From NCBI GenBank assembly GCA_965227515.1, contig CBDDFZ010000001.1, positions 416,001 to 480,000 on the forward strand: a stretch of DNA of 64,000 nt, written 5' to 3'. This document shows positions 36,919-48,145 of the stretch, one piece after another. Below the pieces are notes generated by a model. It was not told the DNA's origin and made no database searches. It saw only the letters and a program-made list of their open reading frames with translations. Each line of letters opens with the position of its first letter. Within the stretch, counting starts at the first letter, position 1. The DNA comes from Alphaproteobacteria bacterium. Its GTDB lineage: Bacteria; Pseudomonadota; Alphaproteobacteria; CALKHQ01. The translations under genes and the position numbers were made by a program.

Positions 36919-37671
36919 ATGGCAACTGCAGCGATCGCAAGACCCCCGTCGAACATGCTCGACAGGGCCATCGATGCCCGGCTCGACGCCATAGACTGGG
37001 TCGGGGCTCACGCCGATCTCGATGCCCAGGGCTGGACGATTGTGCGCGGCCTGCTGACCCGGACCGAGGCCGACCAGGTCTCCGGACTCTATGAACAGGA
37101 TGCGGGATTTCGCAGCCATGTCATCATGGCGCGGCACGGCTTCGGTCGTGGCGCATACAAGTATTTCAGCTATCCACTGCCGCCGCTGATCCAGGCGCTT
37201 CGCACTGCCGCCTATCCCCGGCTCGCGCCGATCGCCAACCAATGGCAGGAACGCATGGGCAAGGACACGCACTTTCCCGCCGACCATGCCGGGTTTCTCG
37301 AACGCTGCCATCGGGCCGGGCAGGTCAGGCCCACGCCGCTGCTCCTCGAATACAATGCGGAAGACTACAATTGCCTGCATCGCGATCTCTACGGCGAGCA
37401 TGTCTTCCCGTTGCAGATCGCGATCCTGCTGGATCAGCCGGGCGACGATTTCGACGGCGGCGAGTTCGTGATGACCGAGCAGCGTCCACGGATGCAAAGT
37501 CGGGCGATGGTCCTGCCGCTGGCCAAGGGCGACGCCGCAATCTTCGCCGTGCATAGCCGCCCGATGAAGGGGACACGCGGCTATTATCAGGTCAAGATGA
37601 ACCATGGCGTCAGCAAGGTCCGTTCCGGACAACGGCACACGGTCGGGGTGATCTTTCACGATGCGCTCTGA
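36919..37671 (+). CDS. 2OG-Fe(II) oxygenase, DUF2086 family
   Basis: MARHGFGRG, RPTPLLL, YNCLHRDLYGE, GGEFVMTEQRPRMQSR, HGVS, GVIFHDA. Confidence 0.88.
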   Translation: MATAAIARPPSNMLDRAIDARLDAIDWVGAHADLDAQGWTIVRGLLTRTEADQVSGLYEQDAGFRSHVIMARHGFGRGAYKYFSYPLPPLIQALRTAAYPRLAPIANQWQERMGKDTHFPADHAGFLERCHRAGQVRPTPLLLEYNAEDYNCLHRDLYGEHVFPLQIAILLDQPGDDFDGGEFVMTEQRPRMQSRAMVLPLAKGDAAIFAVHSRPMKGTRGYYQVKMNHGVSKVRSGQRHTVGVIFHDAL

Positions 37672-38335
37672 CACGCCCGCCCTCGCCCTCGACGAGCATC
37701 AAGGCAGCAAGGCACGGATCGACCTGGGGGCCCGTGCCCTTCTGCTGCGCGGCTTCGCCAGTGCGTGCGCGCCGGAACTGCTGGCTGCCATCGGCTCGGT
37801 TGCCGAGGTTTCGCCATTCCGCCACATGGTAACGCCGGGCGGGCGGCAAATGTCGGTGGCGATGACCAATTGCGGCGACGTTGGCTGGTTCACGGAGCGT
37901 TCCGGATATCGCTACGACGCGTTGGATCCGGCGACCGGCCAGGCGTGGCCGGCAATGCCGCGCCCGTTCCTCGAACTCTCGGTCGACGCGGCCAAGGCAG
38001 TGGGCTTCGACGCCTTCCGCCCCGACGCCTGTCTGGTCAATCGATACGCGCCGGGTGCGCGCCTGACCCTGCACCAGGATTGCGACGAACGCGATTTCGA
38101 CCAGCCGATCGTGTCAGTGTCGCTCGGCCTGCCGGCGATCTTTCTCTGGGGCGGCACGAAGCGCACAGACCGGGCGCAGCGCGTGCCGTTGATCCACGGC
38201 GATGTCGTCGTCTGGGGCGGTCCGGACCGCCTGAGGTTTCACGGCATTCAGCCGTTGGCAGCCCCCATATCCGACCGGAAGCACCCGCTAACCGGTGCCC
38301 ACCGCTTCAACCTCACATTCAGGCGCGCGCGCTGA
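37661..38335 (+). CDS. alkB: DNA oxidative demethylase AlkB
   Basis: FRHMVTPGG.MSVAMTNCG, DACLVNRY, LHQD, VSVSLGL, FHGI, RFNLTFR. Confidence 0.95.
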   Translation: MRSDTPALALDEHQGSKARIDLGARALLLRGFASACAPELLAAIGSVAEVSPFRHMVTPGGRQMSVAMTNCGDVGWFTERSGYRYDALDPATGQAWPAMPRPFLELSVDAAKAVGFDAFRPDACLVNRYAPGARLTLHQDCDERDFDQPIVSVSLGLPAIFLWGGTKRTDRAQRVPLIHGDVVVWGGPDRLRFHGIQPLAAPISDRKHPLTGAHRFNLTFRRAR

Positions 38336-38348
38336 GGACTCATCATTC

Positions 38349-38436
38349 AAGTCTGCGCCAGCCCTCTCGCCCACCCGGCCGCCCAACGGCATTATCCTGT
38401 GGGTGGCCGGGTGGGGGTGAGGGCCGGTGCCGACTT
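38349..38436. repeat. Palindromic MITE-like repeat, copy 4 (loop in the opposite orientation)
   Basis: AAGTCTGCGCCAGCCCTCTCGCCCACCCGGCCGCCC-AACGGCATTATCCTGT-GGGTGGCCGGGTGGGGGTGAGGGCCGGTGCCGACTT. Confidence 0.85.
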
Positions 38437-38442
38437 AAGAAT

Positions 38443-39492
38443 TCAAACGGTGGCGACCGGGGTCGCCGGCGAGCCGAACGACCCCGGCAGGCGCAGCGGC
38501 GGCGCGGTGAGCAGGAAGCGCGAGCGCTTGTGCGGCCTCAGCCACGCCGCCAGCTCGCTCAAATACCAGATCTCGCCCAGATGGATGCCGAGCTGGAACA
38601 GGCAGGTGCGGTGCAGCGGAAGGCCGGGGTAGCTGCACGGGTCCTTGACCTCGATCTCCGGCCGGTCCGGGTAGGGAAAGCCCTCGACCGCGAAATTGTC
38701 CGCGATCAGCACCGCGATGCCCGAGTCCTCGATCCAGTGCAGCAGCCGCTCGTCGCGGCCGTCCAGTGCGCTGTGGGAGTTGTGCAGCACCTCCGGGTCG
38801 GGGTCGCCGCCCATGTCGATGATCGCCTGGCCGTAGCCGGTGTGCAGGCACAGCATGTCGCCGGTCTCCACCTCCACCCCATCGGCGGTCATCACCCGCA
38901 TCAGGTCGTCATAGCCGACCAGCTTGCGGTCGCGGCCGAAGTGCGCGAACAGGTCGACCAGCACGCCGCGGCCCTGCACGCAGGTCACCGCCATGTTTTC
39001 GATGCCGAGCCGGCGCGCGCCGGGCCCGCCATCGGCCGCCGCATCGTCCTGCGGGCCGACGATGTCGGCACCGCCCCGGTAGCCGTTGTAGTAGACCTGC
39101 TCGGCCTCGCCGTCGCCATCGGCATCGAACATCGCGCCGACATGGCCCAGGGAATCCCACTGGGTCGAGTACTGCGTCCACAAGGTGACGCTGTCGTCGC
39201 AGGATATGTCGTTCCAGTGCGGGTCCTGCAGCGCCATCGGGAAGTTTACGAACGGCGCGCCCTGCGCGCGCATTTCGATGCCGCGGCGCGGCGGGTGCCG
39301 GTCGGACACCAGCAGGTTGCCGCCGGGCAGGTCGAGCGGCAGGCTGAGGCAGAAGGCCAGGCCCTCGGTCACCTCGCGCATCGCCGCCAGCCGACGCTCC
39401 GGGGTGATCAGGTTCAGGCGCCCGATCTGGTCGTCGGGGCCGAAATCGCCCCAGTTGGAATGATCGGGCCGCTGTGCCCAGCGCTGGCTCAT
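38443..39492 (-). CDS. Cyclase family protein (kynurenine formamidase-like metal hydrolase)
   Basis: NWGDFGPDDQIGRLN, QYSTQWDSLGH, GRGVLVD, IADNFAVE, GIHLGEIW, GSPATPVA. Confidence 0.88.
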   Translation of the reverse strand: MSQRWAQRPDHSNWGDFGPDDQIGRLNLITPERRLAAMREVTEGLAFCLSLPLDLPGGNLLVSDRHPPRRGIEMRAQGAPFVNFPMALQDPHWNDISCDDSVTLWTQYSTQWDSLGHVGAMFDADGDGEAEQVYYNGYRGGADIVGPQDDAAADGGPGARRLGIENMAVTCVQGRGVLVDLFAHFGRDRKLVGYDDLMRVMTADGVEVETGDMLCLHTGYGQAIIDMGGDPDPEVLHNSHSALDGRDERLLHWIEDSGIAVLIADNFAVEGFPYPDRPEIEVKDPCSYPGLPLHRTCLFQLGIHLGEIWYLSELAAWLRPHKRSRFLLTAPPLRLPGSFGSPATPVATV

Positions 39493-41270
39493 GATGTCCC
39501 CTCCGCGTCCTGCCGTTCGGCATTGTCGATGTCGTGGTACATGGTGATGGGCGGATACGCCGCCGGGTCGGTGATCACGTCGAGCAGGCTGAGCCCGGTC
39601 CGCGCGAACGCCGCGTCCAGTGCAGGGCCGATCTCGCCAGGCGTATCGATGCGCTGGCCGTGACCGCCGCAGGCCGCCGCGATGGCGGCATGGTCGACGG
39701 CAGCGAACCCGCACGCCTCGGTGTGGTCGCCATAGAGCCGGTCCTCGGCATGCTGCTGATAGCCCAGTATCTGGTTGTTCAGCACCATCAGGGTCAGGTC
39801 GAGGCCGAGCCGGCGCACCGTCTCCAGCTCCGACCAGACATGGCCGAAGCCACCGTCCCCAGCCAGGCAGACCACCCGCCGGTCCGGGTGCGCCACCTTG
39901 GCGCCGATCGCCATCGGCAGCCCCCAGCCCAGGCCGGCCATGCCGCGCGGGGTGATGAAGCGCATGCCGGCGCGCCGCGTCCGCAGTTCGTTCGCCACCC
40001 AGATCGAGGCATAGCTGGCGTCGGCCACCACGATGGTGTCGCTGTCGATGCGCCGGTCGAGTTCGGCCATCAGGCGTTCCGGGCGAACCGGCGCCATCTC
40101 CGAGGCCCTCACGGCGTCCGCCTCGCTTGCGTGCCGGTCACGCGCCGCCGCGATCGCTGCCTCCGCTTCGGTGCGGGCAGCATTGTCCCTGGGCTGCAGC
40201 GCATCGCACAAGGCGTCCAGCGTGGCCCGGGCGTCGCCGACCAGGCGCAGCGCCGGGTACGTACGGCCGATCTCCTGCGGGTCGATGTCGATCTGGATGT
40301 AGCGGGCGTCCGGCGGATAGAGCTTCCAGCTATCGGTGCCGTTCTGGTTGGTGCGGTTGCCGACCAGCAGCACCACATCGGCGGCTTCGACCAGGGCGCG
40401 CATGTGGCGCGCCATGCCGCGCGGTCCCATGAAATAGCCGATCACGCCTGGTGACAGCGGGTGGCCCTCGTCGACCGCGCCCTTGCCCATGGTGGTGGTG
40501 GCGACCGGCAGGCCGAATTCATCCTGCAAACGCGTGAGCGCGCCAACGGCGCCGGAGGCGTGAACGCCGCCGCCGGCAATCACCAGCGGCTTGGCGGCGC
40601 CGGCCAGCAGCCGCGCCGCCTCGGCAATCGCGGCGGGGTCGGCGACCGGGCGGTCGAGCGGCCAGGTGCCCGGCGCTTTCGGGCGTGCCGGCAGGCGCAT
40701 CTTCGACGCTGGTTCCGGCACCGCCTGCTCCAGCATGTCCTGCGGCACCAGCAACACGGCTGGGCCGGGGCGCCCGCCGGCGGCAGCCGTGAACGCCATG
40801 TCGACATAGTCGTCGATGCGGTCGATGCGTCCGACCCTGCGCACCCATTTGGCAACGCCGCTGAACAGCGCGAAGTGGTCGATCTCCTGGAACGCGTTGC
40901 GGTCGGCGTTGGCGGCCGGCACGTCCTGGACGATGGCGACGACGGGGATGGAGGCTTTCAGCGCTTCGGCAAGCCCGGGGACCAGCAGGGTCGCCGCCGG
41001 GCCATTCTGGGCGCAGACCACGCCGACCCTGCCCGAGACCCGGGCGAACCCGTCGGCCATGGCGGCACCGGCGTTCTCGGTCCGGTAGGCGACCTGGCGC
41101 AGGCCGTATTCGGGCGCCACTAGCAGGAATGCGGAGGGCAGGCTTTGGCCGAACACGGCGTCCACGCCGTGCCGGGCCAGCCCCGCCGCCAGGGCATCGG
41201 CCCCGCAGGGCCTGGGAAACTTAAGGTTCTTGCGCGGGGCGATTTCGCGCCGCTCGGCATCCGTCTGCAT
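39489..41270 (-). CDS. Thiamine pyrophosphate-dependent enzyme (acetolactate synthase large-subunit-like)
   Basis: RTENAG..MADG, QNGPAAT, NAFQE, TPP motif GDGG...NN. ATGA overlap with the cyclase. Confidence 0.9.
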   Translation of the reverse strand: MQTDAERREIAPRKNLKFPRPCGADALAAGLARHGVDAVFGQSLPSAFLLVAPEYGLRQVAYRTENAGAAMADGFARVSGRVGVVCAQNGPAATLLVPGLAEALKASIPVVAIVQDVPAANADRNAFQEIDHFALFSGVAKWVRRVGRIDRIDDYVDMAFTAAAGGRPGPAVLLVPQDMLEQAVPEPASKMRLPARPKAPGTWPLDRPVADPAAIAEAARLLAGAAKPLVIAGGGVHASGAVGALTRLQDEFGLPVATTTMGKGAVDEGHPLSPGVIGYFMGPRGMARHMRALVEAADVVLLVGNRTNQNGTDSWKLYPPDARYIQIDIDPQEIGRTYPALRLVGDARATLDALCDALQPRDNAARTEAEAAIAAARDRHASEADAVRASEMAPVRPERLMAELDRRIDSDTIVVADASYASIWVANELRTRRAGMRFITPRGMAGLGWGLPMAIGAKVAHPDRRVVCLAGDGGFGHVWSELETVRRLGLDLTLMVLNNQILGYQQHAEDRLYGDHTEACGFAAVDHAAIAAACGGHGQRIDTPGEIGPALDAAFARTGLSLLDVITDPAAYPPITMYHDIDNAERQDAEGTS

Positions 41271-41411
41271 TGACCTCCCCCGGTGCCCCGGCCATTAGGA
41301 AGGCCGGGTTGCCGGGGAAGCATAACCACGGGGAGAGGTGCTGCACACCCGCGCGCAACGCACGGCTGCCCTGCAGAAACGGTCGACGCGACGCCCTACG
41401 CCGGCGCGATG

Positions 41412-41927
41412 TCAGGAGGCGCCGGCCACGGCGTCGACCGCGTCATCCAGCTTGCGCTCCAGATTGCGGAACCGTTCCATCAGCGCGTTCAACCGTTCGC
41501 GCGACGATCCCTGGTCGTCGTCACGGCGCGCCTGGCGCGGGCAACGGAAGCGGCGTCCGCCGGACCGGGTGCCATGCTCTGCCCGGCGCGGCATCAGCCA
41601 TGCCAGCAGGCCATAGCCGACCACGACGCCCATGGGGAAGAACACCAGGGCCACGATGGCGGCGATGCGCACGACCTTGACGCTGGCGCCGAAGCGCGAC
41701 GCCAAACCCGCGCACACGCCGAACAGGATCGCCCTGTCGCTGGCGAGACGGTGCTTGACCCGGCCGCTGAGATTCCTGCCCCCATGATGCCGGCCGCCAT
41801 GACGATGCCGCCCGTGACAGCGATGATGCCGGCGCCGGCGCATGCGGTCGGCCTGGCGGACCTCGTCATAGCCCTCGCCGTCGCGGCCATCCGGGCCCAG
41901 ATAATCGTCGGAATAGGTGTGGGTCAC
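41412..41927 (-). CDS. pspC: PspC domain protein with a His/Arg-rich N-terminus
   Basis: ILFGVCAGLASRFG...VVRI...YGLLAWLMP, C-terminal coiled coil. GTG start after GGAG. Confidence 0.85.
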   Translation of the reverse strand: MTHTYSDDYLGPDGRDGEGYDEVRQADRMRRRRHHRCHGRHRHGGRHHGGRNLSGRVKHRLASDRAILFGVCAGLASRFGASVKVVRIAAIVALVFFPMGVVVGYGLLAWLMPRRAEHGTRSGGRRFRCPRQARRDDDQGSSRERLNALMERFRNLERKLDDAVDAVAGAS

Positions 41928-42000
41928 CTCGGTTCTCCCTGTCCTCGTCAATCTCGGCCAGCAATATCGCGGCCACCCTCTCGGTTCGATCCGCCAGCCT

Positions 42001-42711
42001 TCAGGCCTTCTTCTCGCCCTGATCTATTTGGTTGTCGGTGCCCGCCTGCGCCAGCTTTTCGCGCAGCGCGGCAAGCTCACGCTCGACCGTGTCCTCCGCC
42101 GCCAGCTCGGCGAACTCCTGCTCCAGGCTCTTCTTGCGGCCAATTTCCCGCGCTTCCGCCGCACCTTCCAGCGTGTCGAGCCCGTTCTCGATGTCCTCGA
42201 ACCGCTGGAACGCCGCCCTGATGCGGTCGTCGTCATGGCCGTGCCGGCGATGCCGCTGGCCGTGATGGCCGTGACCGCCGTGGCGGCGCGAGGCGAGCGC
42301 GCGCTCACGCTTCTTGGCGTCGGCCAGCTTGGATTCGAGCTGCGAGATATCGGCGCTGGTCTGGTTCAAGGTCTCTTCCAGCTCAACTAGCTGGTTGCGC
42401 ACGCCCTCGGTCTCGTCCATCAGGCGCGCCCGTGCCGCCAGCGCGCCGCGCGCCAGGTCCTCGCGGTCGCGGCCCAGCGCGAACTCCGCCTTGCGGTGCC
42501 AATCCTCGGCATCGCTGGCCGCGCGGTCGATGCGGCGCTGAAGCTGCTTCTTCTCGGCAATGCCCCGGGCCGCGGTGGCGCGCACCTCCACCAGGGTGTC
42601 TTCCATTTCCTGGACGATCATGCGGATCACCTTGTGCGGGTCCTCGGCCCGGTCGAGCAGGGCGGTGACATTCGAATTCACGATGTCGCCGAGCCTGGAA
42701 AAAATGCCCAT
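42001..42711 (-). CDS. pspA: Phage shock protein A with an internal His-rich segment
   Basis: MGIFSRLGDIVNSN, AEDP.KVIRMIVQEMEDTLVEVR, KAEFAL..REDLAR, KSLEQEFAEL. Confidence 0.95.
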   Translation of the reverse strand: MGIFSRLGDIVNSNVTALLDRAEDPHKVIRMIVQEMEDTLVEVRATAARGIAEKKQLQRRIDRAASDAEDWHRKAEFALGRDREDLARGALAARARLMDETEGVRNQLVELEETLNQTSADISQLESKLADAKKRERALASRRHGGHGHHGQRHRRHGHDDDRIRAAFQRFEDIENGLDTLEGAAEAREIGRKKSLEQEFAELAAEDTVERELAALREKLAQAGTDNQIDQGEKKA

Positions 42712-42763
42712 CGTTGTCTCCGTCGGTGTGGGCCGATCCGGCCGGCCCGATGACCGCTACTCC

Positions 42764-42778
42764 GCAAGGGGCGTGCCA
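42764..42778 (-). promoter_or_regulatory. Sigma-54 (-24/-12) promoter of pspA
   Basis: Minus strand TGGCACGCCCCTTGC = TGGCAC-N5-TTGC. Confidence 0.88.
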
Positions 42779-42855
42779 AACCTCGAATTTTCCGATAAGA
42801 CATTGTTCTATAATTATTATTCGGCCGCGCGGTTGACGTGCCATCAAACTGCAGA

Positions 42856-42892
42856 TTGGTGAATAATCCAAAGAATTGGTGTTTTTTCCCAA
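42856..42892. promoter_or_regulatory. Probable PspF upstream activating sequences
   Basis: Two TTGG-(AT-rich)-CCAA dyads (TTGGTGAATAATCCAA; TTGGTGTTTTTTCCCAA) about 80-110 bp upstream of the sigma-54 promoter. Confidence 0.6.
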
Positions 42893-42912
42893 CTACCGAC
42901 TACATTTCCCAT

Positions 42913-43938
<1,026 letters not shown>

Positions 43939-43948
43939 CGCGGGAACG

Positions 43949-44548
43949 TCAGAGATCCACAACCACCATCACCACTGAAGCCAGCAGCAACAGCGCGAAG
44001 GCGATGTTGGCGATCCGCCCCTTCACCGGGTCGCGCAGCACAGACGACAGCGCCGCCCCGAAGCCGAGCCACGCCGTATTGACGGTGACGATGACGAAGG
44101 TGAGCGCGGCGACCTTCGCGGCCGCGTCCAGCACCGGATCGTCGGGCACCAGAACCCGGCTGGCGTGGACCGCGCCGATGGCGGCATAGGCCTTCGGATT
44201 GGCAATCGCCAACGCGAAGGCCCCGGCGAACGAGGGCGCACGGGCCGCCGCATCGGCGCCGGCGACAACAGGCGCGGTCGCGATGCGCCAGGCCAGATAG
44301 ACGATGTAGAGGGCCGCCAATACGGTGATCAAGGTGACCAGCGCCGGCTCGGCCAGCACCAGCCCGGTGACCCCGGTGGCGATCAGCAGCAACACGACGA
44401 AGGTTCCGGCAGCGATGCCGGCCATGTAGGGCAGACCGCGCCGCGCGCCATAGGCCGCCGCAACCGCCGCCGTGCTCAGGGTCGCCGGGCCAGGGCTGCC
44501 CATCAGCGGGTAGGCCGCCATCCACAGCAGCAAGACGTCCTGCAGCAT
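43949..44548 (-). CDS. LysE family translocator
   Basis: SPGPA, YGARRGL, YLAWRI, ANPKA; multi-TM. Confidence 0.88.
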   Translation of the reverse strand: MLQDVLLLWMAAYPLMGSPGPATLSTAAVAAAYGARRGLPYMAGIAAGTFVVLLLIATGVTGLVLAEPALVTLITVLAALYIVYLAWRIATAPVVAGADAAARAPSFAGAFALAIANPKAYAAIGAVHASRVLVPDDPVLDAAAKVAALTFVIVTVNTAWLGFGAALSSVLRDPVKGRIANIAFALLLLASVVMVVVDL

Positions 44549-44587
44549 TTGCGCCCCTCATGAAACGGTCGCAAGATCGGGCCATGG

Positions 44588-45478
44588 ATGTCCGTCCGGG
44601 GTCTTGAACGAATGTGCACGTCCGATCGGCAGCGGCGGCAAAGCTGGTTCGCGCCCCTGGCCGCGGGCGGCAGCATCGACCGCGCGCATGCATTCTTCGA
44701 CGGCGTCGCCTTCTCGCCCCACCGCCATGACACCTATGCGGTCGGGCTGACCACCCACGGGGTGCAGTCGTTCGGCTATCGCGGCGCCGACCGCCATTCA
44801 TGCGCTGGCGACGCCTTCGTCATCCAGCCGGACGAGCGCCATGACGGCCGCCAGGGCACCGAGGGCGGCTATGGCTACCGCATCGCCTATCTGGCGCCGG
44901 CCCAGATCGCGGCGGCCTTGGTGGGCGCTGCCTTGGGAGGCCGCGCCCTGCCCCATGTCGACGGCGCGGTCAGCCGCGACCCGAGGCTGATCGCCGCGGT
45001 GGCCGGGCTGTTCCCGGATGCGGGGGAGGATGCCGGGGACGCCGCGGACGACCTGCACGCCACGGGCGCCATCGTGCGGCTGGCGGACACCATGGCCCGG
45101 CTGGGGTGCGCAACGGCGCGGCGGCCGGGGCCGTTGGACACAAGGGCCATGCAGCGGATCGGTGATCATTTGCGGGCCGAGGCTGCCGCGGGCGTATCCA
45201 TGGCAGACCTGGAGCGGGCCCACGGCATCGACCGCTGGACGCTGAGCCGGCAGTTCCGCCGCGCCCATGGCGTCAGCCCGCACCGCTACATGGTGTTGCG
45301 GCGCTTGGACATCGCGCGGCGGGAGATCGAGGGCGGGGCCGGGCTCGCCGATGCCGCGCTTGCGGCCGGTTTCGCCGACCAGAGCCACATGACGCGGCAG
45401 TTTCGCGGAACCTACGGTGTCACGCCGGGGGTGTGGCGGTCGCTGGTGCGCGGCGGACCCGGCGAATGCCGATCCTGA
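44588..45478 (+). CDS. AraC family transcriptional regulator
   Basis: FSPHRHDTY cupin; RQFRRAHGVSP; GFADQSHMTRQF. Confidence 0.92.
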   Translation: MSVRGLERMCTSDRQRRQSWFAPLAAGGSIDRAHAFFDGVAFSPHRHDTYAVGLTTHGVQSFGYRGADRHSCAGDAFVIQPDERHDGRQGTEGGYGYRIAYLAPAQIAAALVGAALGGRALPHVDGAVSRDPRLIAAVAGLFPDAGEDAGDAADDLHATGAIVRLADTMARLGCATARRPGPLDTRAMQRIGDHLRAEAAAGVSMADLERAHGIDRWTLSRQFRRAHGVSPHRYMVLRRLDIARREIEGGAGLADAALAAGFADQSHMTRQFRGTYGVTPGVWRSLVRGGPGECRS

Positions 45479-45479
45479 C

Positions 45480-46229
45480 CTACCCCTCCATCATCTGGCG
45501 GGCCATCTCGGCGAAGTTGCGCTCGACCGCCTTCGAATCGGCGGCAAGCCCGTCGGCCACGCCGCTCGCCATGTCGCCGAAGATCAGGTCCTCCGCGCCC
45601 CGGTCCAGCCCGTCCATGATCGCGGTCACCACCTCGTCCGGCGTCAGCTTCGGCATCTCCAGCCCCGCGGTCATGTCGGTGTCGACCGCGCCGGGATAGA
45701 CCCCCATCACGTGGGTGCCCTGGCTGAACAACTCGCCACGCACCGCCTGGGTCAGCGATTGCAGCGCCGCCTTGGACGCGGAATAGGTGCCGAGGGCGGG
45801 GAAGTTCACCAGCCCCAGGATCGAGATCATGTTGACGATGGCACCGCCGCCGTTCGCCTTCAGCACCGGCGCGAACGCGCGGATCACGTTCAGGGTGCCG
45901 AAATAGTTCACCGCCATCTCGGTCTGGGCATTCGCGGTGTCGGGCCGCGCGATCGCCGGCGTGTTGAAGTTGACCCCGGCGTTGTTGATCAGCAGCGACA
46001 CGTCGGGTGCGGCCGCCGCGGCCGCCTCGCACTCCGCCGGCACCGTCACGTCCAGCGCGATCGGCAGCACCCGGCCACCGCCGGCCGCCACAAGGTCGGC
46101 GATGGCGTCGGGCCTGCGGGTCGCGGCATAGACCGTGGCCGCCCCGGCCGCGACCAGCGCCGGCACCATCGCCCGCCCGATGCCGCGGTTGGTGCCGGTG
46201 ACGAACACGGTGGCGCCAGAAACTTGCAT
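45480..46229 (-). CDS. SDR family oxidoreductase
   Basis: TGTNRGIG, INNAG, YSASK, PGAVDTDM. Confidence 0.9.
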   Translation of the reverse strand: MQVSGATVFVTGTNRGIGRAMVPALVAAGAATVYAATRRPDAIADLVAAGGGRVLPIALDVTVPAECEAAAAAAPDVSLLINNAGVNFNTPAIARPDTANAQTEMAVNYFGTLNVIRAFAPVLKANGGGAIVNMISILGLVNFPALGTYSASKAALQSLTQAVRGELFSQGTHVMGVYPGAVDTDMTAGLEMPKLTPDEVVTAIMDGLDRGAEDLIFGDMASGVADGLAADSKAVERNFAEMARQMMEG

Positions 46230-46368
46230 GTCGAAGACCTCCCCATTTTCCCGGACCGGATTGGGCGGATCGGGCGCGCGGATGTCAAGGTCGTCACGGC
46301 ATTGACCGGTCGCGCCGGCTCTCGATAGAGTCCGCGCGACGGGTGGGGACGACAGAGGGAGAGACCGC

Positions 46369-47619
46369 GTGCCGGGCACCATGATCGACATTACCGCTGC
46401 CGATGGCGGCACGTTCCAGGGCTATCTGGCGCTGCCGGAGAGCGGCGGCGGGCCTGGCCTGGTGATCCTGCAGGAGATCTTCGGCGTCAACGAGTCGATG
46501 CGCTGGGTCGCGGACTACTTCGCCGAGGAGGGTTATGCCTGCCTGGTGCCGGACCTGTTCTGGCGCATCGAGCCGGGCATCGAACTCGGCCACAGCGAGG
46601 AAGAGGTGGCCACGGCGCGCGAATACCTGGGCCAGCTCGATGTCGACCAGGCGATCCGCGACATCGGGTCGTCCATCGAGACCCTGCGGGCCATGCCCGC
46701 GGTGGCCGACGGCGGCGACGGCCGGGTCGGCGCGCTGGGCTTCTGCCTGGGCGGGCGGCTTGCCTACCTGACCGCCGCGCGCACCGACGTCGATGTGTCC
46801 GTCGGCTATTACGGCGTCGGTATCGAGAACCACCTGGACGAGGCCAAGTACATCGAGTGCCCGATGGTGCTGCACTTCGGCGCCGAGGACGGCATGACCC
46901 CGCCGGAGACCATCGACCGCATCCGTGCGGCATTGGCCAGCCACGAGGACGTCGACATCCACGTCTACCCCGGCGTCGGCCACGCGTTCTACACCCCGCA
47001 GCGCAAGAGCTATGACCGGCCGGCGGCCTGGATGTCGCATTCGCGCACCATCGCCGCACTGCGCCAGCGCATGGGCCCGCACTACGACCTCTCCCAGCTC
47101 TGGGACAAGCACTGCGAGTACGAGTTCGCGACCCGCGATGTCGACGCCACCATGTCGACCATGGTCGCCCAGCCCTACGTCAACCACATCCCGACCATGA
47201 CCGGCGGCGTCGGCTATGACCTGCTGCACCGGTTCTACAAGAACCACTTCATCCCGAAGACGCCGGCCGACACCAAGCTGGTGCCGATCAGCCGCACCAT
47301 CGGCGCCGACCGGGTGGTGGACGAGATGCTGTTCTGCTTCACCCACGACATCGAGATCGACTGGATGCTGCCGGGGGTGGAGCCGACCGGCAAATATGTG
47401 GAGGTGCCGCTGGTCGCCATCGTCTGCTTCCGCGGCGACAAGCTCTATCACGAGCACATCTACTGGGATCAGGCGAGCGTACTGGTGCAGATCGGCAAGC
47501 TGGACCCGGCGGGCCTGCCGGTCGCCGGCATCGACACCGCCAAGAAGCTGGTCGACGAGTCCAACCCGTCCAACACGCTGATGGACCGCTGGTCGGAGAG
47601 CGCGGAGGCGGCGGAGTAG
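46369..47619 (+). CDS. Dienelactone hydrolase family protein fused to a SnoaL-like domain
   Basis: QEIFGVN, GFCLGG, GHAF; C-terminal PYVNHIPTMTGG...HEHIYWDQAS. Confidence 0.9.
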   Translation: MPGTMIDITAADGGTFQGYLALPESGGGPGLVILQEIFGVNESMRWVADYFAEEGYACLVPDLFWRIEPGIELGHSEEEVATAREYLGQLDVDQAIRDIGSSIETLRAMPAVADGGDGRVGALGFCLGGRLAYLTAARTDVDVSVGYYGVGIENHLDEAKYIECPMVLHFGAEDGMTPPETIDRIRAALASHEDVDIHVYPGVGHAFYTPQRKSYDRPAAWMSHSRTIAALRQRMGPHYDLSQLWDKHCEYEFATRDVDATMSTMVAQPYVNHIPTMTGGVGYDLLHRFYKNHFIPKTPADTKLVPISRTIGADRVVDEMLFCFTHDIEIDWMLPGVEPTGKYVEVPLVAIVCFRGDKLYHEHIYWDQASVLVQIGKLDPAGLPVAGIDTAKKLVDESNPSNTLMDRWSESAEAAE

Positions 47620-47726
47620 GGTCACCTGCACCATCGCGCCGCCGTCACGCGTTTGTTGTTTGCCGCCAATCGTAATCGGTGGGGATAGTTAACGCCGTCA
47701 CCCAGCACTCGTGACGGAGCCCTACC

Positions 47727-48116
47727 ATGACAACCGACCTCGTCTATCTCGCGCTGACGGCGCTGCTGACCGCGGCGCTGTGGATCCCCTACATCCTGGG
47801 CCAGGCGACGGCCAACGGCCTGCTGACTCCGGCCAATTACAAGGACCCGACGCCGCGCCCGGTGCCGCTGTGGGCGCAGCGCGCCAACCGCGCCCATCTG
47901 AACGCGGTCGAGGTGTTCGCGCCGTTCGCCGCCCTGGTGCTGATCGCCCACGTCACCCAGCAGTCCAGCAACATGACGGCGTTCTGGGCCGCGCTGTTCT
48001 TCTGGACCCGCGCCGCCCATGCCGTGATCTATCTGGTCGGGTTGCCCTACCTGCGCACGCTGGTGTTCATTGCCGGCTTCGTGAGCATCGTCGGGCTGTT
48101 CTTCGCGGTGATTTGA
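47727..48116 (+). CDS. MAPEG family membrane protein
   Basis: WIPY, WAQRANRAHLNAVE, RAAHAVIY, PYLRT. Confidence 0.88.
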   Translation: MTTDLVYLALTALLTAALWIPYILGQATANGLLTPANYKDPTPRPVPLWAQRANRAHLNAVEVFAPFAALVLIAHVTQQSSNMTAFWAALFFWTRAAHAVIYLVGLPYLRTLVFIAGFVSIVGLFFAVI

Positions 48117-48145
48117 CCGCGCGCCACGCCATGTGCCGCAGTACG

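Noticed and set aside
36919-38335. DUF2086-alkB pair as a new repair system
   Set aside because: This pairing is a familiar part of alkylation-repair clusters, and no Ada box could be supported.
46369-47619. Dienelactone hydrolase-SnoaL fusion as a novelty
   Set aside because: This architecture is already commonly annotated.
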